In this document: one piece after another, positions 1-18,800 of the stretch
Layout: every line of letters begins with the position of its first letter
Position numbering within the stretch: the first letter of the stretch is position 1
From: the human T2T-CHM13v2.0 reference genome, Homo sapiens
Strand: one strand, 5' to 3'
Assembly: GCF_009914755.1 (NCBI RefSeq)
Contig: NC_060946.1
DNA length: 64,000 nucleotides
Notes under the pieces: generated by a model
The model's database searches: none
The model's input: only the letters and a program-made list of their open reading frames with translations
Told to the model about the DNA's origin: nothing
Position numbers and translations under genes: made by a program

Positions 1-58
1 TTAGTTTCCTTCTCCCTTCCTGGGGCTTATAACTGGTATATCAGAAGATTTATCAGGA

Positions 59-356
59 TTTTTTTTTTTTTTTGAGACAGGGTCTCACCGCACATTCAGG
101 ATGGAGGGCAGTGTGAACATAGCTTACTGCCACCTCAAACTCCTGGGCTCAAGGGATCCTCCAGCCTCAGCCTCCTGAGTAGCTGGGACTACAGGTGCAA
201 GCCACCACGTCTGCTAATTCTTTAACTTTTTTGTGGAGACAAGCTATCATTATGTTGCCCAAGCGGGTCTCAACTCGAACTCCTGGCCTCAAGTGATCCT
301 CCTGCCTTGGCCTCCCGAAGTGCTAGGATTACAGGCGTAAGCCACTGTGCCCCGCC
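59..356 (-). mobile_element. Alu (old, AluJ-like)
   Basis: Poly-T followed by gagacagggtctc...gctgggactacagg...gtgctaggattacaggcgtaagccactg; diverged antisense Alu. Confidence 0.9.
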
Positions 357-2049
357 TATCAGGAAAACTTTCCAAGCTGTTATTTCTCTTTGGAATTTCC
401 TCTCCTTCATCTGAGTTAACATTCAGCTCAAATGCCATTTTCTTTGAAGCCTTCCCATACATCCACAGGAAAAGCTCCCTTGACTCTCCCAGTGAAGTCT
501 GGATTTAGAGTGTATTTCAGCGCGTTACAATCATCTGTCATTTTTTGCCTCTCCCACTAGACTGTGAGCTCCTCATGAGCAGGGACCATATCTCACTTAT
601 CTTGACAGCCCCAGCCCTTAGAAAAACACCTGGCACGTTACAAACATGGAACAAAAAGTCTGTTGAATGAATAAATGAAGTCATCCCTTAAGTAGTACTT
701 GTAATTACTAACGGGTGACCCAAACTTTATGGTTTTGCCCTTTATAGGCTGAGATTCTATTTCATACTCTTTTTAATCACTCCCTAATAGCATCTGGCAG
801 AGTACTAAGGACATGGAAACTCTCCAATAAATACTTTTGGGTGATGGGATACATATTACTCTTCCACCTCTCTTGATTTGACTCTAAATAACTTATTCAA
901 GTGGATGTGACTTTTGGAAGCCTTCTTAAAAACGGGCTCTTCTTAATAGTTATTGGCCAAAAACTGAAACAAACACTAGAGCTAAACTACAGATATTTTT
1001 TTCTTTGCAGGTGTTTTTAAAGAACGCAGTAATGGATTGCTTCTTTCTAAATCATTTCAATAAGAAACAGTAACATAAAGCCCTTTGGTTCGCTATGAAA
1101 AATGCAAACGACATTAAGCAAAACTTAGTTTAATAACTTCCAGCCAAAGGTTCCCCACCCTGCAGTCATAGGGCTGTGGGCCAGCTGGCTGTACCACCTC
1201 ACCCCCGGGAGATGACTGCTTTTCAACAGTAAAACTGCGTAAGTGACATTTGGAGTTTTGGGGGTCTTCTGAAGTAAAACATGTAGGTCTAACTTCTTAC
1301 TGACAATAAGTCTTAACGTTACAGGCTTCGGCTTGATGTAGAAAGGACCCTGAAAAGATCTCAAAAACTTGCAACTCGGGGACATTCCAGACGTCTTATG
1401 AGTTTAAAACTATGTAAAAACATACGAAGCATGGGGTAATTCCATTATTATATTTAAGTGATGTATTCCACATTCCTGTATATACACACACTTCATGCCA
1501 AACAGAGGCTGGCAAGCAAGTTAACCATTCAACTGCCCTTTCGTTATGCTGCATAACAGGGAGACAACAGAGAGAAATCTTGACAATGCCAAGCTGGGCT
1601 AGTGCTTAAAGGCACACAGGCAAACCAGGCATTCTCAACATCCCAAAAGCAAACATTTCTTGGGCCCTTACTATGGGCCAAGCACTGTGTCAAACGCTTC
1701 ACGTGAATTATTTCATTCGACACTTACAACAAACAGCCGTATGCGATTGGTGCTATTATCCTCATTTTTCAGACGAGGAAACCAAGGCACAAGATTACAC
1801 AGCTAGCAAGTGGCAGGTTTGGGAGTCGACTCAAAAGGTCCAGCCCTAGGCACTATGGAGTATCAAAGGTACCCGAAGCGGGGAGGGTGGACTGCATCAG
1901 CGTCCTGACAGACGCTTTCTTAGGAGGTAAAGTTCTTGGCCATCAAGTTTCAGATTTGCAGAGCCCTGTACACCTGGCAGCATTCAGGTTTGCTATACTG
2001 GCACCAACAAGTCCAGCTGAGCCTCCTTGCCTGGGAATCCCAAGGACTG

Positions 2050-3600
2050 CACTTGGATCCTGAAGGTCTGCACAAGACCCCAGAGAAAGCGGCCGACACC
2101 CCGTCCCTGCAATCAAAACACATCCCGGGAGAAGCGAGGGCGAGGACCTCCGTGCCTCCCCGCCCCGCGCAGCACAGCCCTGCCAGGCAGTGCACAGGTG
2201 CACGACCGCGCCCGCCCGCCCGGCCCGGCCCGGGTCCCAGCCCCGGCACAGTGACCGCCGCTCTGCGACTCCGGCCCCGAGGGCAGGGGCAGAAGGCCGG
2301 CAAGAAGAGGGCAGGGGACGCGAGGGCCGCCTCGCCCGACCCCCCGAGGACGCGCGCAGCAGGGTCGGGGGGGAAAAAGGATGCTCCAGGCGGGGCGAGG
2401 CCGCGGTGGGGGAGGGGTCCCCAACCCGGACTCTCACTCACCGCCTCGCGCGGCTCCCGGCCGGGTTCCGCGGCTCGCCCCACTCCGGCTCTAGCCGCCC
2501 GCGTCTCCTCTCGAGGCTCACTGTCCAGCCCGGGCGCACGGAGCTGAGAAGTCGCCGCCAGCGGAGGGCGTGTGGCCAGCGGCAACCAAGAGGGTGGGAA
2601 AGATGGGACCGTCGCTCTCGCCGCCGCGGCCACCACAGACACTGCCGCCGCCGGCTCCTCTCAGCCACGGAAGCTGCGGGCCCGCCCACCACGCCCGCCT
2701 CCCGTCCTGAAGACTGTCCGCTGGAGAAGTGACGGCGGCGCTAGCCAATCAGAGGCCTGATCGGGGTCGTGATCGGCGGACTAAAGGGCGGGCGGAGAAG
2801 GAAGCGGCATGAAGAAGGCGAAAACGGCGGCCTGACTTCCTGTGACTGACGGCACGGCGCAGCCAATGGGCAACGGGGAGATGACCTCATCTCTGAGGAA
2901 AGTCTGGAACTGGCTGAGCTGCGGCGAGGGGGTTGGCGACGAGCCGGGGGCGGAGCTCTGGGCCTTAAAGAGGCCGCAGCCCTGTGGTCACCCTGTGAAG
3001 GGAAGGGCGGTGGACCCTGCCGGATCTTGCGAAGTTGCCAAGGGGTCAATGCCCAGGCGCGAGTAATTACTGCATTAATCCCAGACCCCATCCCGATTCT
3101 TGTCGGGGACTGAAGGGTCTCCGCCTGGGGCTCCGAAGTCGATCATTTCACATTCACGCTTCCCAAAACGAGACACAATAAATTCCGCTCTGGCCTGGAG
3201 CCTTGAATTCCCGTTACGGTCCCGCCCCGCCGAGGCCCGTCGCCTTGTTTCTCTGAGTCAGTTTCCCCAACGGTGAAAGGGAGGACGCTGACACCTGCCT
3301 GCCCCTCCCTATCTGCCGAGGCCGTGGAGATCAGCAGCAGCGAAAGCGCTCTGGGCTTAGAAGAGGAAAAGGGCTGCGTGAGCCCAAGAGCTTGCATCGG
3401 AAGGCTCCAGGAAGAGCATCTGCAAAAAAGAGGATTCCACGGGATGACCCCCGACAACTCTTGGAATTCTAAAATCCTATACCCTTGCCCGCACCCATTC
3501 GTGTAGTGAAGGGGCGCGCGTTAGGCGCAGAGGCCACACGCTCCGCAAGTGAACCCGGGCACCTCTCTGAACCTATTCCGGGCTGAGGGCGGGGAGCGGG
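2050..3600. promoter_or_regulatory. MRTFA: CpG island / promoter of the minus-strand gene (MRTFA/MKL1)
   Basis: Dense CpG and GC content; CCAAT boxes (agccaatcag ~2743-2752, agccaatg ~2861-2868), GC boxes (gggcgg) and ggaag ETS-like cores; boundaries approximate. Confidence 0.85.
2442..2740 (-). other. MRTFA: Non-coding first exon (5'UTR) of MRTFA/MKL1; intron 1 runs off the left end of the window
   Basis: Strong minus-strand donor GCG|GTGAGT (plus actcac 2436-2441) inside the CpG island, downstream of the CCAAT box; no AUG in the exon; identity from recalled gene order (MRTFA divergent from MCHR1, ~42 kb apart). TSS approximate. Confidence 0.72.
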
Positions 3601-3620
3601 TGGCTGCCCGATTTAAAAAC

Positions 3621-3631
3621 ATGTATATGTA

Positions 3632-3716
<85 letters not shown>
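3621..3716. repeat. Compound hexamer microsatellite (TATGTG)n(TATATG)n
   Basis: Directly visible; gives the (HI)n ORF artefact. Confidence 0.97.
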
Positions 3717-4497
3717 TATGAGTGAAGTCCATGACTGCAACAGGGAGAAAGGAGAAAGGCGAAAGGGGAGAGAGCAACAAGGTAAGCCAGGCCCACTGTG
3801 ATGACAGCTGCGGTCATGCAGGCCCTTCGTATCCGCCTTCCTCCCCAGCAATGGGAGAGAGCCCAGAAAAGGAGAAATAACCCCAACTCGATGGGGTGGA
3901 AAAGGGGGAAGCGCTTTCCGGAAGGCTTCCGGGATGGGGTCACCAGAGTCAGAGGAAGGAGTAACAGTAGATAGAAGAAGAAGTGGTCAGGGGCGTTCTT
4001 CTAGGTTTGGGGCGGACCCGCGTGAAGATGCAAAGACTGAAAAGGGGCGGCTCACTTTACATTCCAAGGTAAATTCTCACTATGACCCCCTTTTCCCCAT
4101 CAAAGGCTTCTGGGACTGCCCATGGGTGAACTCAGAGGGAGGGTAGGAGAGGGTGCTGCTCTATCCAATGGCGGCAAAAGTCAAAGTGGCCTTGGGTATT
4201 CCCAATTACTCACTATAAATCAGCTTCCAATGCCGGTCGCAGAATCTTGGAGTTAGACGGGATCCTCGTGGGCTCTTAGTCACACACACCTTCCCCAAGG
4301 CAAAAATTCTTGCACAAAATACCTGATAAAATTATTTATTCGATAAATATTTTTTGAGTAAGAACACTGAGGGGGTAAGCTAGATGAGATACAGTCACTA
4401 CCCTGGGGGTGCTTACACCAAACTGGAGGATGCTAAGGCACGTACTGCGGTGACTGCAATGCCAGGCCGGTATCCCAGGTGACTAAAACAGGATGCA

Positions 4498-5106
<609 letters not shown>

Positions 5107-5367
5107 GAGGATGCAGAAGTGCGCCTCGGAGGAGAAAGTACCCCCACTGGAATTATTGGGGTGGGGCAGATTTCCCCAAAACATGACCAAGGTGGGGCAT
5201 TCCAGATAGTACCCACCCAGACACAGCCCTCCTTAAAAAGCCCAGGTAATGAGGAGGCACAAGTGTATTTTATTAGTCACAGGAAAAGAGATCTGCCCAT
5301 TCATGGCAGAGACTGCAGGCAACCTCACCGTCTCACAAATATCTCTATACTTTTTCTGGACAACTTA

Positions 5368-6031
<664 letters not shown>

Positions 6032-6390
6032 TTATATATTTCTTATAGGTGGTCTGCCTCCCTCTAATCTCTGACCCCACTCCAGCCTGGGTAACTCTGA
6101 AAAAAAAAAGGAATAACATTATCTCTGACCCTAGATCCTAATGTTATCCTCTAAAGCTTCACCAAACATGTCTAATCCCACTTCACCCTCTTTCCCACAC
6201 CCTCGACCCATCTCCACAAAACAGTAGGGAATAAGTCCCTTTTTCTTGCCATCAGGCCTCAGTGACTTCATGTCCTAATGACTTCATGCGGACATCCTTC
6301 AGGATCTATTGGCGACATGTGTTATTTGTGTCCTTCCCTGTAAACATTCTCTTTCTTTTGGTAAGAGAACTCCACTTTCCTCTGGGGAAC

Positions 6391-7336
<946 letters not shown>

Positions 7337-7731
7337 GAACCACTCCGCCCCACTGTCTATCCCTGTAGCTGCCTTGGGAATATGACTCACTACTCACCTT
7401 GGGGTTGGGGGGTGGGGGGGATCACATGGCCCAGTCCTAACCAATGAAAGCACTCCAACCCTTGCCTGCCATCATTTGTAGTGATTGATTTAGGGAAAGA
7501 CATGTGATCAAGACAGTCCAGTTAGCGTGAGTCCTGGCATCTTGTTAGAACTACTGGGATGGGGCCGAGAGCAGTGGCACATGCCTGTAATCCCAGCAAT
7601 TTGGGAGGCGGGGGGATCACCTGAGGTCAGGAGTTCAAGACCAGTCTGACCAATATGGTAAAACCCCGTCTCTACTAAATACAGCTGGCTGTTGTGGCTC
7701 GCGCCTGTAATCCCAGCTACTTGGGAGGCTA

Positions 7732-7860
<129 letters not shown>

Positions 7861-8069
7861 TTAAAAAAAACAACTACTGGGATGGAGTTTTCTCTACAGG
7901 AGGGTTGCTGAACTGTCTGGCTGTACACCTGGCATTAACAGTGAGGACCACAGGGAGAATAAAGCCAACACAAAACCAAACAATCACAGCTGAAATACGC
8001 ATAAAGGCCATGACGGATGATAGCTCTGTTTGAGAACCTAGATCCAGTTCTTTTCTGGCTATTTGATTT

Positions 8070-8485
8070 CATAGGTGTCTTGGGTCAGGGCCCTTAGAAA
8101 CAGAGCCTGTAAGACAGAGCCAATGAACAGGACTTAGTGAGGGAGGAAAAACCTGTAAGGGAGGAAGATGAGCAAGACAGAGAAGGGAAGAGACTCGAGT
8201 AAGGCTCAGCCTGATCTTTCCTTGGCCTGATGCACATAGGAGAGCTCTGGGCAGAAACAACACCACAGTCACTCACCTTGAGGCATGGACAGCTTTTTGT
8301 CCCCTAGTCTATGTCAGTGGTTGTGGGCCCTAAGGAAGTTAAGGTCCCCAAGGCCACTCCCTTCAAATGAGGGCAATTCTCTGAAATTTTGTGCAGCTGG
8401 GAACCCTTAGCAGCCAACACTCACAGCAGCTGGGGCATGGGTGCACTTACCTGCTCAGGAGGCATCATTTGAGTTGTCCGCTGTG
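8070..8485 (-). mobile_element. Old ERVL-class LTR fragment (LTR33/LTR16-like)
   Basis: gggtcagggcccttagaaacagagcctg resembles the antisense 3' end of ERVL LTRs; family uncertain. Confidence 0.45.
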
Positions 8486-8596
8486 GGCTAACACATTCCT
8501 ATTGTTGCAGCAAAAATGTAACTATGTAAAGTGCTCAGGTATGACCTGACCTGACTGCCAAACAGTACCGTGAGCCTGTGGCCTTCCTCGGTCTGA

Positions 8597-8788
<192 letters not shown>

Positions 8789-8866
8789 TAATTTTTAAAT
8801 TTTTTTTGTAGAGACAGGGCCTGGTTATGTTGCCCAAGCTGGTCCCAAACTCTTGGCTTCAAGTGA

Positions 8867-9085
<219 letters not shown>

Positions 9086-9414
9086 TAGCTGGGACTACAG
9101 GCATGTACCACCACACCTGGCTAATTTTTTTGTATTTTTAGTAGATAGCAGGGTTTCACCATGTTGGCCAGGCTGGTCTTGAACTCCTGGCCTCCAGTGA
9201 TCTGCCCGCCTTGGTCTCCCAAAGTGTTGGGATTACAGGTGTGAGCCACCGTGCCTGGCTTCATTTTATATTTGCATCGGCAGATCTAGTGGCTGCACTG
9301 ACCCTTTGGCTCAACCTGACTTTATAACCAATCCTTTCCACCCCCTTCCCTCTAGAGCTTTTCCCAAAAACTGATACTAAGCCAAATTCACTCTTGTATT
9401 TCTATAATTAATTC

Positions 9415-9530
9415 TTTTTTTTTTTTTTTTGAGATGGAGTCTCGCTCTTGTCGCTCAGGCTGGATTGCAGTGGCGGGATCTTGGCTCACTGCAACCTCCG
9501 TCTCCCGGATTCAAGCAATTCTCCTGCCTC
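9415..9530 (-). mobile_element. 5'-truncated Alu with 14-bp TSD
   Basis: Poly-T plus right-arm fragment flanked by tctataattaattc at 9401-9414 and 9529-9542. Confidence 0.9.
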
Positions 9531-10110
9531 TATAATTAATTCTTTAACACAAATGTAAAACTTTAAGCCTCACTCTGCTAATCATGAGCAGCCAGTTGTC
9601 CTTCTGTCCATTTCCATCCTTCTTTGCACCTTGCTGAAAACATGTGCTGATTTCATTCTGTCACCTATCCACTGGCCACCACTTCTGATTCTGCTGCTGC
9701 TGCTGAAAGGGGCAAATCCAATGACAGGAACCTTCAGCGAACCACTGAAGACTGATCTTCCTCCTTCCAACCTGTTAATTCATACTCTGAGAAAAGTTAC
9801 TCCCCCATCCTTTCCCTCTCTATTTCTCTTCATGGAGAATCTCTCCAAAAGTATTTTCCAGGACTTGATCAACTCCGTCTTCAGCACATCCTGTGCTTTC
9901 CTATTTCTTCTTAAGTCTTTGTTCTGATTAGTTTTTTTGTCTAGAATGTCCTCTTTTATCTTCATCTATTCAAATCCCAGCTGACATCCCACTTCCTCCA
10001 GGAAGCCCTCCCATATTCCTCCAACGTAGGTGGATCTTTTCTTTCTCTGACAATCTGTAGCTCCTATTGTAACAAGCAGAATGCTAAAGCATTCCAAGTG
10101 CATTATCTTA

Positions 10111-10446
<336 letters not shown>

Positions 10447-10501
10447 CTAAGATCGCACCACTGCACTCCAACCTGGGTGATGGAATAAGACTCTGTCTCA
10501 A

Positions 10502-10532
<31 letters not shown>

Positions 10533-12370
10533 GATCCTGGGTGTAATTCAATAAACATTTGTTGGCTACATACAAGGAACTAGAGGAAATATAAAAAGGT
10601 GAAATAGATCAGCTTTGCCACAATCAAGAACAGGGTCCATGAAATGATGCTAACACGAACAATGCTGAAAGGATAGTAGAATGAGGTCTGGTCTAGGAAG
10701 GGAGTGTTCCTGTCTGGTGGAGAACCCACTGAGGCAACACATGAAAGAGCTTATGTTTGACAGGCAGTAATGAGGTGGGGCACTCCAACTTAGGAAACAC
10801 TGTGAGTAATAACGTGGAGGAAGGAAAACAGAGGACATGTTTGAGCAAGGGAGTCACCTGGGTTGTTTGAGAGATAAGGTTTGAAAGTTTGCTGAGGCCT
10901 TGTTGTAAAAAGAACGCCATGGTAAAGGAGGCATTACGTTCTGGAAAACAGAATCCAGACTGTCTTAAGATTCACCTGGTAGTTTGTCAGTTGGAATGGA
11001 AGGAGAGTGAAGTGGGGCTGGAAAGATAAATTAAACCACTACTGTTATCCAGCCAGGAGGAAATAAAGACCCACAAGAGGGGAACAATCAGCATGGAGTT
11101 TTTTCCCCTCTACCCTGTAAACACTTTCCATATCTCTGTCCCCTAGACATTATAGCATCCTTGAGAAAGGGCAATAATTTAAAAAAAAAATATGCCCATA
11201 ACCTTTAAACTGCTAACAATTTCTTCAAATGTAGTAAGCACTCAGCAAATATCTTTGGAAGTGAATTAAATGTATAAGTGAGGTGTTAAAATGCTAGGGC
11301 TCTGTGACCAAGCAAGGTGGCCCATACCTGTAATGCCAGCATTTTGGGAGGCCGAAGTGGGAGGATGGCTTGAACCCAGGAGTTCAAGACCAGCCTGAGC
11401 AACATAGCAAGACCCCATCTCTATTATATTAAAGTTTTTTTAAATACTGGGGCTCAATCGGGTGCAGTGGCTCACACTTGTAATCTCACCTCTTTGGGAG
11501 GCCAAGGTGGCATATCACTTGAGGCCAAGAGTTGGAGCCCAGCTTGGCCAACATGATGAAACCCTGTTTCTACTAAAAACACAAAAATTAGCCGAGCATG
11601 GTGGTGAGTGTCTGTAATCCCAGCTACTCAGGTGGATGAGGCAGGAGACTCACTTGAACCCTGGAGGCAGAGGTTGTTGCAGTGAGCTGAGATAGTGTCA
11701 CTGCACTCCAGCCTGGGTGACAGAGTGAGACTCCGTCTAAAAAACAAACAAACAAAAAAAGCTAGGGCTCTGTTTACATAGTTTTATTGGGTCATCCCTG
11801 GGATTGCAAACACCTAGTATATCACTTGATCACAAAACTGAGCTAGTTTTTATTCAGCACCTACTGTGTACATCATCATCTCATTGAATTCTTCCATGAA
11901 CACTTCATAGAAGGTACCAGCCTTATGTCCATTTCACAGATGATGAAAACTGAGGGTCAAGCAGGTAGAGGGACCAACAGTCCAGTTTGCAGGAACTGAA
12001 GGGTCAAGATGCAGGACTTTTACTGACCAGGGGAAACTAGGAAGCTTGGTATCCCTACCCAGCGACCTTGATTTGCATCACACATGCCAAAGTTTAAACA
12101 CAAGTTTGATTAACTCAAACCCCCGTGGGATTTTATTCTGGCTTTCTGATCATTGCAGCCAATATAAATGTCTTCTTTGGGTACTTTCAGGATACAATCC
12201 AAACATAACCTCGAATCTAGCTCATGTAGTCGGGGCCTACTTGAGACTGAAGTACTTGACAGGCAGAGAACTCAAAATGGATGGGTTTTCTTCAGCAAGA
12301 AAAGGAATCCAGGCTGGGGAATATTCCTGGAGGACGTCCTTAGGAACGGTTCGATTATCAGTTGTTCTTT

Positions 12371-12387
12371 GACGCCCCCTGGTGGTT
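12371..12387 (-). promoter_or_regulatory. Candidate CTCF binding site
   Basis: Minus strand reads AACCACCAGGGGGCGTC, close to the CTCF core CCACCAGGGGGCGC. Confidence 0.6.
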
Positions 12388-12468
12388 GAGAACTGTAACC
12401 CCGTTTTTGCCCCCTGGAGTAGAGAAGAGGCCGCGCTGGTAAACAACCAAGAGGTGGAACTGAACTGA

Positions 12469-13649
<1,181 letters not shown>

Positions 13650-13885
13650 AAATGAAACCAAATAACAACAAGGAGCAATGAAGGGTATAGAAGAGACAGG
13701 GGCAGAGTCCCCATGATATGATTCAAACCCCTGGATGGAGCAGCGCCTGAAGTCCTTAGCATATGGGGCAAATCACAAAGTTGGGTGGGGAGGTGATAAA
13801 GACTCCAGCAATTATGTGGAACTCTGCACTTTGAGTTGGTGGAACAAGTTATACTGATTTCTCTCCTTACCAAAATGCTACCTGA

Positions 13886-14161
<276 letters not shown>

Positions 14162-15328
14162 TGAAGTCATTTTTTTACATGTCTGTTTGTGCTGCCTTCC
14201 TACCTACTCATTCTGAAGTGATTATTTTTTTCTTGCCTGGATGGACAAGGAGACTCAATACCCCACTGCACCTGAGTTTTGGAAAACTAGAGTGTGGAAA
14301 AAGCAGCAGCAGCTGCAGCAAAAACACTGATGAGAGTCAAACTGAATGATTATATTACACTAATGGTACCAGCTCCCGACAGGTGAATAAAATGTGCCTC
14401 ATGATAGCAGTCATACAACAAATACCTTACAAGAAACTCACAGAGAAGAGGGGCAGAGCAACTCAGTGGAAAAGCAGGTGTGGTTTCAAAGCCTGGCTCT
14501 GCCCCGAGCCATGTGACCTTAGGAAATAGACTGTGTCCCTGAGTTTCAATCTCGTCACCTGTAAATTAGGAGTAACCATACAGATCGCAAGTCAACACCT
14601 GCCCTTGCACCGCTGCGGGGCTCAGCGGTCACTGACATGCAGTGAAAAAGTGGAAGTTCTAGCTGGGCGCGGTGGCTTATGTCTGTAATCCCAGTACTCT
14701 GGGTGGCTGAGGTGGGCAGATCATGAGGTGAGGAGTTCGAGACCAGCCTGGCCAACATGGTGAAACTTCGTCTCTACTAAAAATACAAAAATTAGCCAGG
14801 CATGGTGGCGTGTGCCTGTAATCCTAGCTACTCTGGAGGCTGAGGCAGGAGAATCGCTTGAACCCTGGGAGGTGAAGGCTGCAATGAGCCGAGATCGCGC
14901 CATTGCACTCTAGCCTGGGCGACAGAGCAAGACTCTGTCTCAAAAAAAAAAAAAAAAAAAAAAGGAAAGAAAAGTAGAAGTTCCTTTCCCGTCTATCCTG
15001 GGTCTTCACTGTCTACGTGCGTCCCCTCACTCCCAGCTGCTTGGGACCACGCTGTGCTTTGGTGTGGGTCAGTACCTGGACCCCTGGCCTGTCCCCTCAA
15101 GGTGTGCTTCTTCCTTCCCACAACACCAGGCCAGAGGTACTTGCTTTCCTTTCTCATCTTGGGTCTCTATTTTCCCACACCGTGGTGTGTCCCACACTTT
15201 ACGGAGTGTTGGGGTGAATACAGAGAATGACAACAGAGAACTTATAGCTGTGGCCTAAACCTCATTGTAATGAGATGGAGAAAATTGTGTTCACTGGAAC
15301 TCCCTTCAGAGGAAGCATTGTTTATTTA

Positions 15329-15703
<375 letters not shown>

Positions 15704-16209
15704 TTAATAATAAATAAATAAATAAATAAATAAAATACCTAGAGAAGGAAAAACTACAACCCAAGGCATGACCTACTGGCACTACTCAAACAGTAGACAT
15801 AAAGATTTATGGGGAGCAGGGGATCTCTCTTTAGGCCCAAGCTAGTGAACTGAAACAGTGTGACAGCAAATATCATTGAAGGCCAGGCCATTGTAACCAC
15901 TTGATTCTACCTCCGCTCAGCCAGTCTAGGCCAGAGTGCTTAGGAGCAGAGCAGGGATGTACAGATGTCCCCAGTTCTCCACTCCTCTTGACCAGTAGGA
16001 ACCCAGTATGGATGAGATGTAATGATTAGGTCCATAATGTTCAAAGTCAGCTTGTGACTTTGAGCAAGGGATTTTTTTTTTTTTTTTTTTTTTGAGGCAG
16101 AGTCTCACTTCTCACTCTGTTGCCCAGGCTGGAGTGCAGTGGTGCCATCTCTGATCGCTGGAACCTCTGCTTCCAGGGTTCAAGCAAGTCTCATGCTTCA
16201 GCCTCCTGA

Positions 16210-16383
<174 letters not shown>

Positions 16384-16554
16384 TGACTTTAAGGGCACTT
16401 TTGCAAAATGCGAGTGATAATGCATTCTGATGGTTATAGATTAAGGTTAAGTAATTTAGCTGAGCTCAAACAGGCAGTAAATGGTAGAGCTGTGATTGGA
16501 ACACAGACCATCCAGTGCCATAGTCCAGCCTCTTAGCTACAATGCCCTGCTTAG

Positions 16555-16761
<207 letters not shown>

Positions 16762-16763
16762 TA

Positions 16764-16898
<135 letters not shown>

Positions 16899-17799
16899 TT
16901 AGTCACAGTAACTTGTTACTTTGTATTCCTCTCACCTGTTTTGTGAGATTCCACAATTTCTCCTGCCTTCAGTTGCATTGCTTGGTGTATGATACATAGT
17001 CAATCTTTTTATCCATATCTCAGGAGCAAAATGTAACACAAATTCTACTTGTGGGTATCTTCCTGTATTCGGTTTTACAAAGCACTTGCATGTTGCCTTG
17101 TCAGGAAAGAGCAGTTGTTTCTCCAAAGAGAAAAGTTGTTTCACTAATATTAAGCTCATTCCCTATAGCTCAGTGTCCTTGCCTTTCTCTCTACATAATC
17201 ACTTTTTATCCAAATGCTGAGTCACTATATAATTTTTTGAAGACATTTTAAATAGCCCTCAATTCAGTACACGCAGCACCAACACTGCACCTAACTCAGC
17301 TGAAGTTAAGACAATATGAACAGCTATGTTTAATTTATCAAATTTGCAAGCAATGATGATTCCATTAAAATGAAAAAAAATCATGTTTTAGGATTAGTTA
17401 AATGTGGTAGCAAATGCTGGTACTGATTAGAATTCTTACAACTGCAAGTGACAGGAAACAGACTAACTTAAGCAAAAGGACTGCATTAAGCCAGGAAATT
17501 CCAAAAGTCCCTGTAGTATAACAGTTTCAGGTATGGCTGGATTCAGGACTCCAGAATATAACCAGGACTCAGTTTCCTGCCATTTCTCTTTCTTTTCCGC
17601 AGGGTTGGTGTCAGTGGCAGGTTTCACATGCTGGCAAGCTGGAGCCAGCAGCTCCAGCTCCAGCTCTAGCACCCCTGGAGTTTTGAGTCCAGTGAAAAAA
17701 ACGATGAGAGGCTTTGTCCCAGATATTTTAGCCTGAGTCTCAATGCCTCTCATTGGCTCCAACAGATCACATGCCCAGCCCTGAGCCAATCAACATGGC

Positions 17800-18800
17800 C
17801 ACATCCGGGTCAGTTACTACTGCCTCCGCCCCATGCTGTGGAGCCCGGCTGGAAGCCCGGGGGTTGTTGGGTCTTCACCCGGGAAATGGGGAGAGAGACT
17901 GCGGGGCAGCTGGCACCACATACGTGCCTTACAGGTGGGGTGTGGGGACTTAGGAGGGCTTAGCACCCAGAGCATTAGCCCAGGGCCTGGCCCCTGGTGG
18001 CTTCTCCCGGCCGCTGGCTGCTTGGCAGGGCTGGAGGGGAGGAGACCCACAGTTTCGGGCTTGAGTCACCTCCCTCCTGGCCAGGCTTCGGCGGCACTGA
18101 CTCAGCGCCTGCGTGAGCTGGATGCTGCCTGGAAAGCTAATCAGCCTCTGAGGCGAGTCATGCCTCCTGTGACGTGGGCTTGTGCTGTGAGTGGGCGGGA
18201 ATGAATGAAGAAGCGTGGGCTCACCATGGTTCCTAGAGTGTTGATGAAGTGACGGGAGAGGGAGGCGGAAGTCAAGAGCAGCCCTTGGAAAAGGCTGCCA
18301 GCCCAGGCTGTGATGCTGTCTGCGGGCCCGTGCAGCCTGGTCCCGGGGTGGGCTCTCTGCACGCGGGCCCGTGCAGCCTGTTCCCGGGATGGGGCACACA
18401 GCTGCCACCTCCCCACACCCCAGCACCGGGGAGCGCCCCAGGGCTCCGCTGTGGCCTGCCCTGCGGCTGGCAGGCCATCCTCCGGTTCGTCCCTGTGTTT
18501 CAAACCTAAGTTCCATGAGGCAGGACGGGGTTGGTGGGGTCGGGCAGGAGGGCCGGGGATTGGAAGGTTGGCCAGCTCTACCTCCTGCCCTTCCCACCGC
18601 ACCCCAAACTTAGCCTTGACAAACGGATCTCTGCCCTTCTAGGGGAGAGGAGAGGAGAAGAAATGGTGGTAGAGAAAGAAAGGCAAGGGGAGCTGTGCAG
18701 AACCACCCGGAAGCTTGAGAGTTCAACGCGGAGAACCTGCTCTGTGCCAGGCCCCCACCTGGGAGGTGTGGGCAACCTTCCTGCCTTCCGGGTGCTCAGA
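17800..18800. promoter_or_regulatory. GC-rich non-Alu island, candidate enhancer with AP-1/ARE motifs
   Basis: TGAGTCA 18062-18068, TGACTCAGC 18098-18106, TGACGT ~18170, raised CpG density. Confidence 0.5.

Noticed and set aside
1936-2760. Overlapping 160-230 aa ORFs on both strands in the CpG island
   Set aside because: Pro/Arg/Ala/Gly-rich, mostly non-ATG starts, no recognisable domain; expected from stop-codon depletion in GC-rich DNA.
3573-3851. ORF with a (HI)n repeat
   Set aside because: Translation of the hexamer microsatellite.
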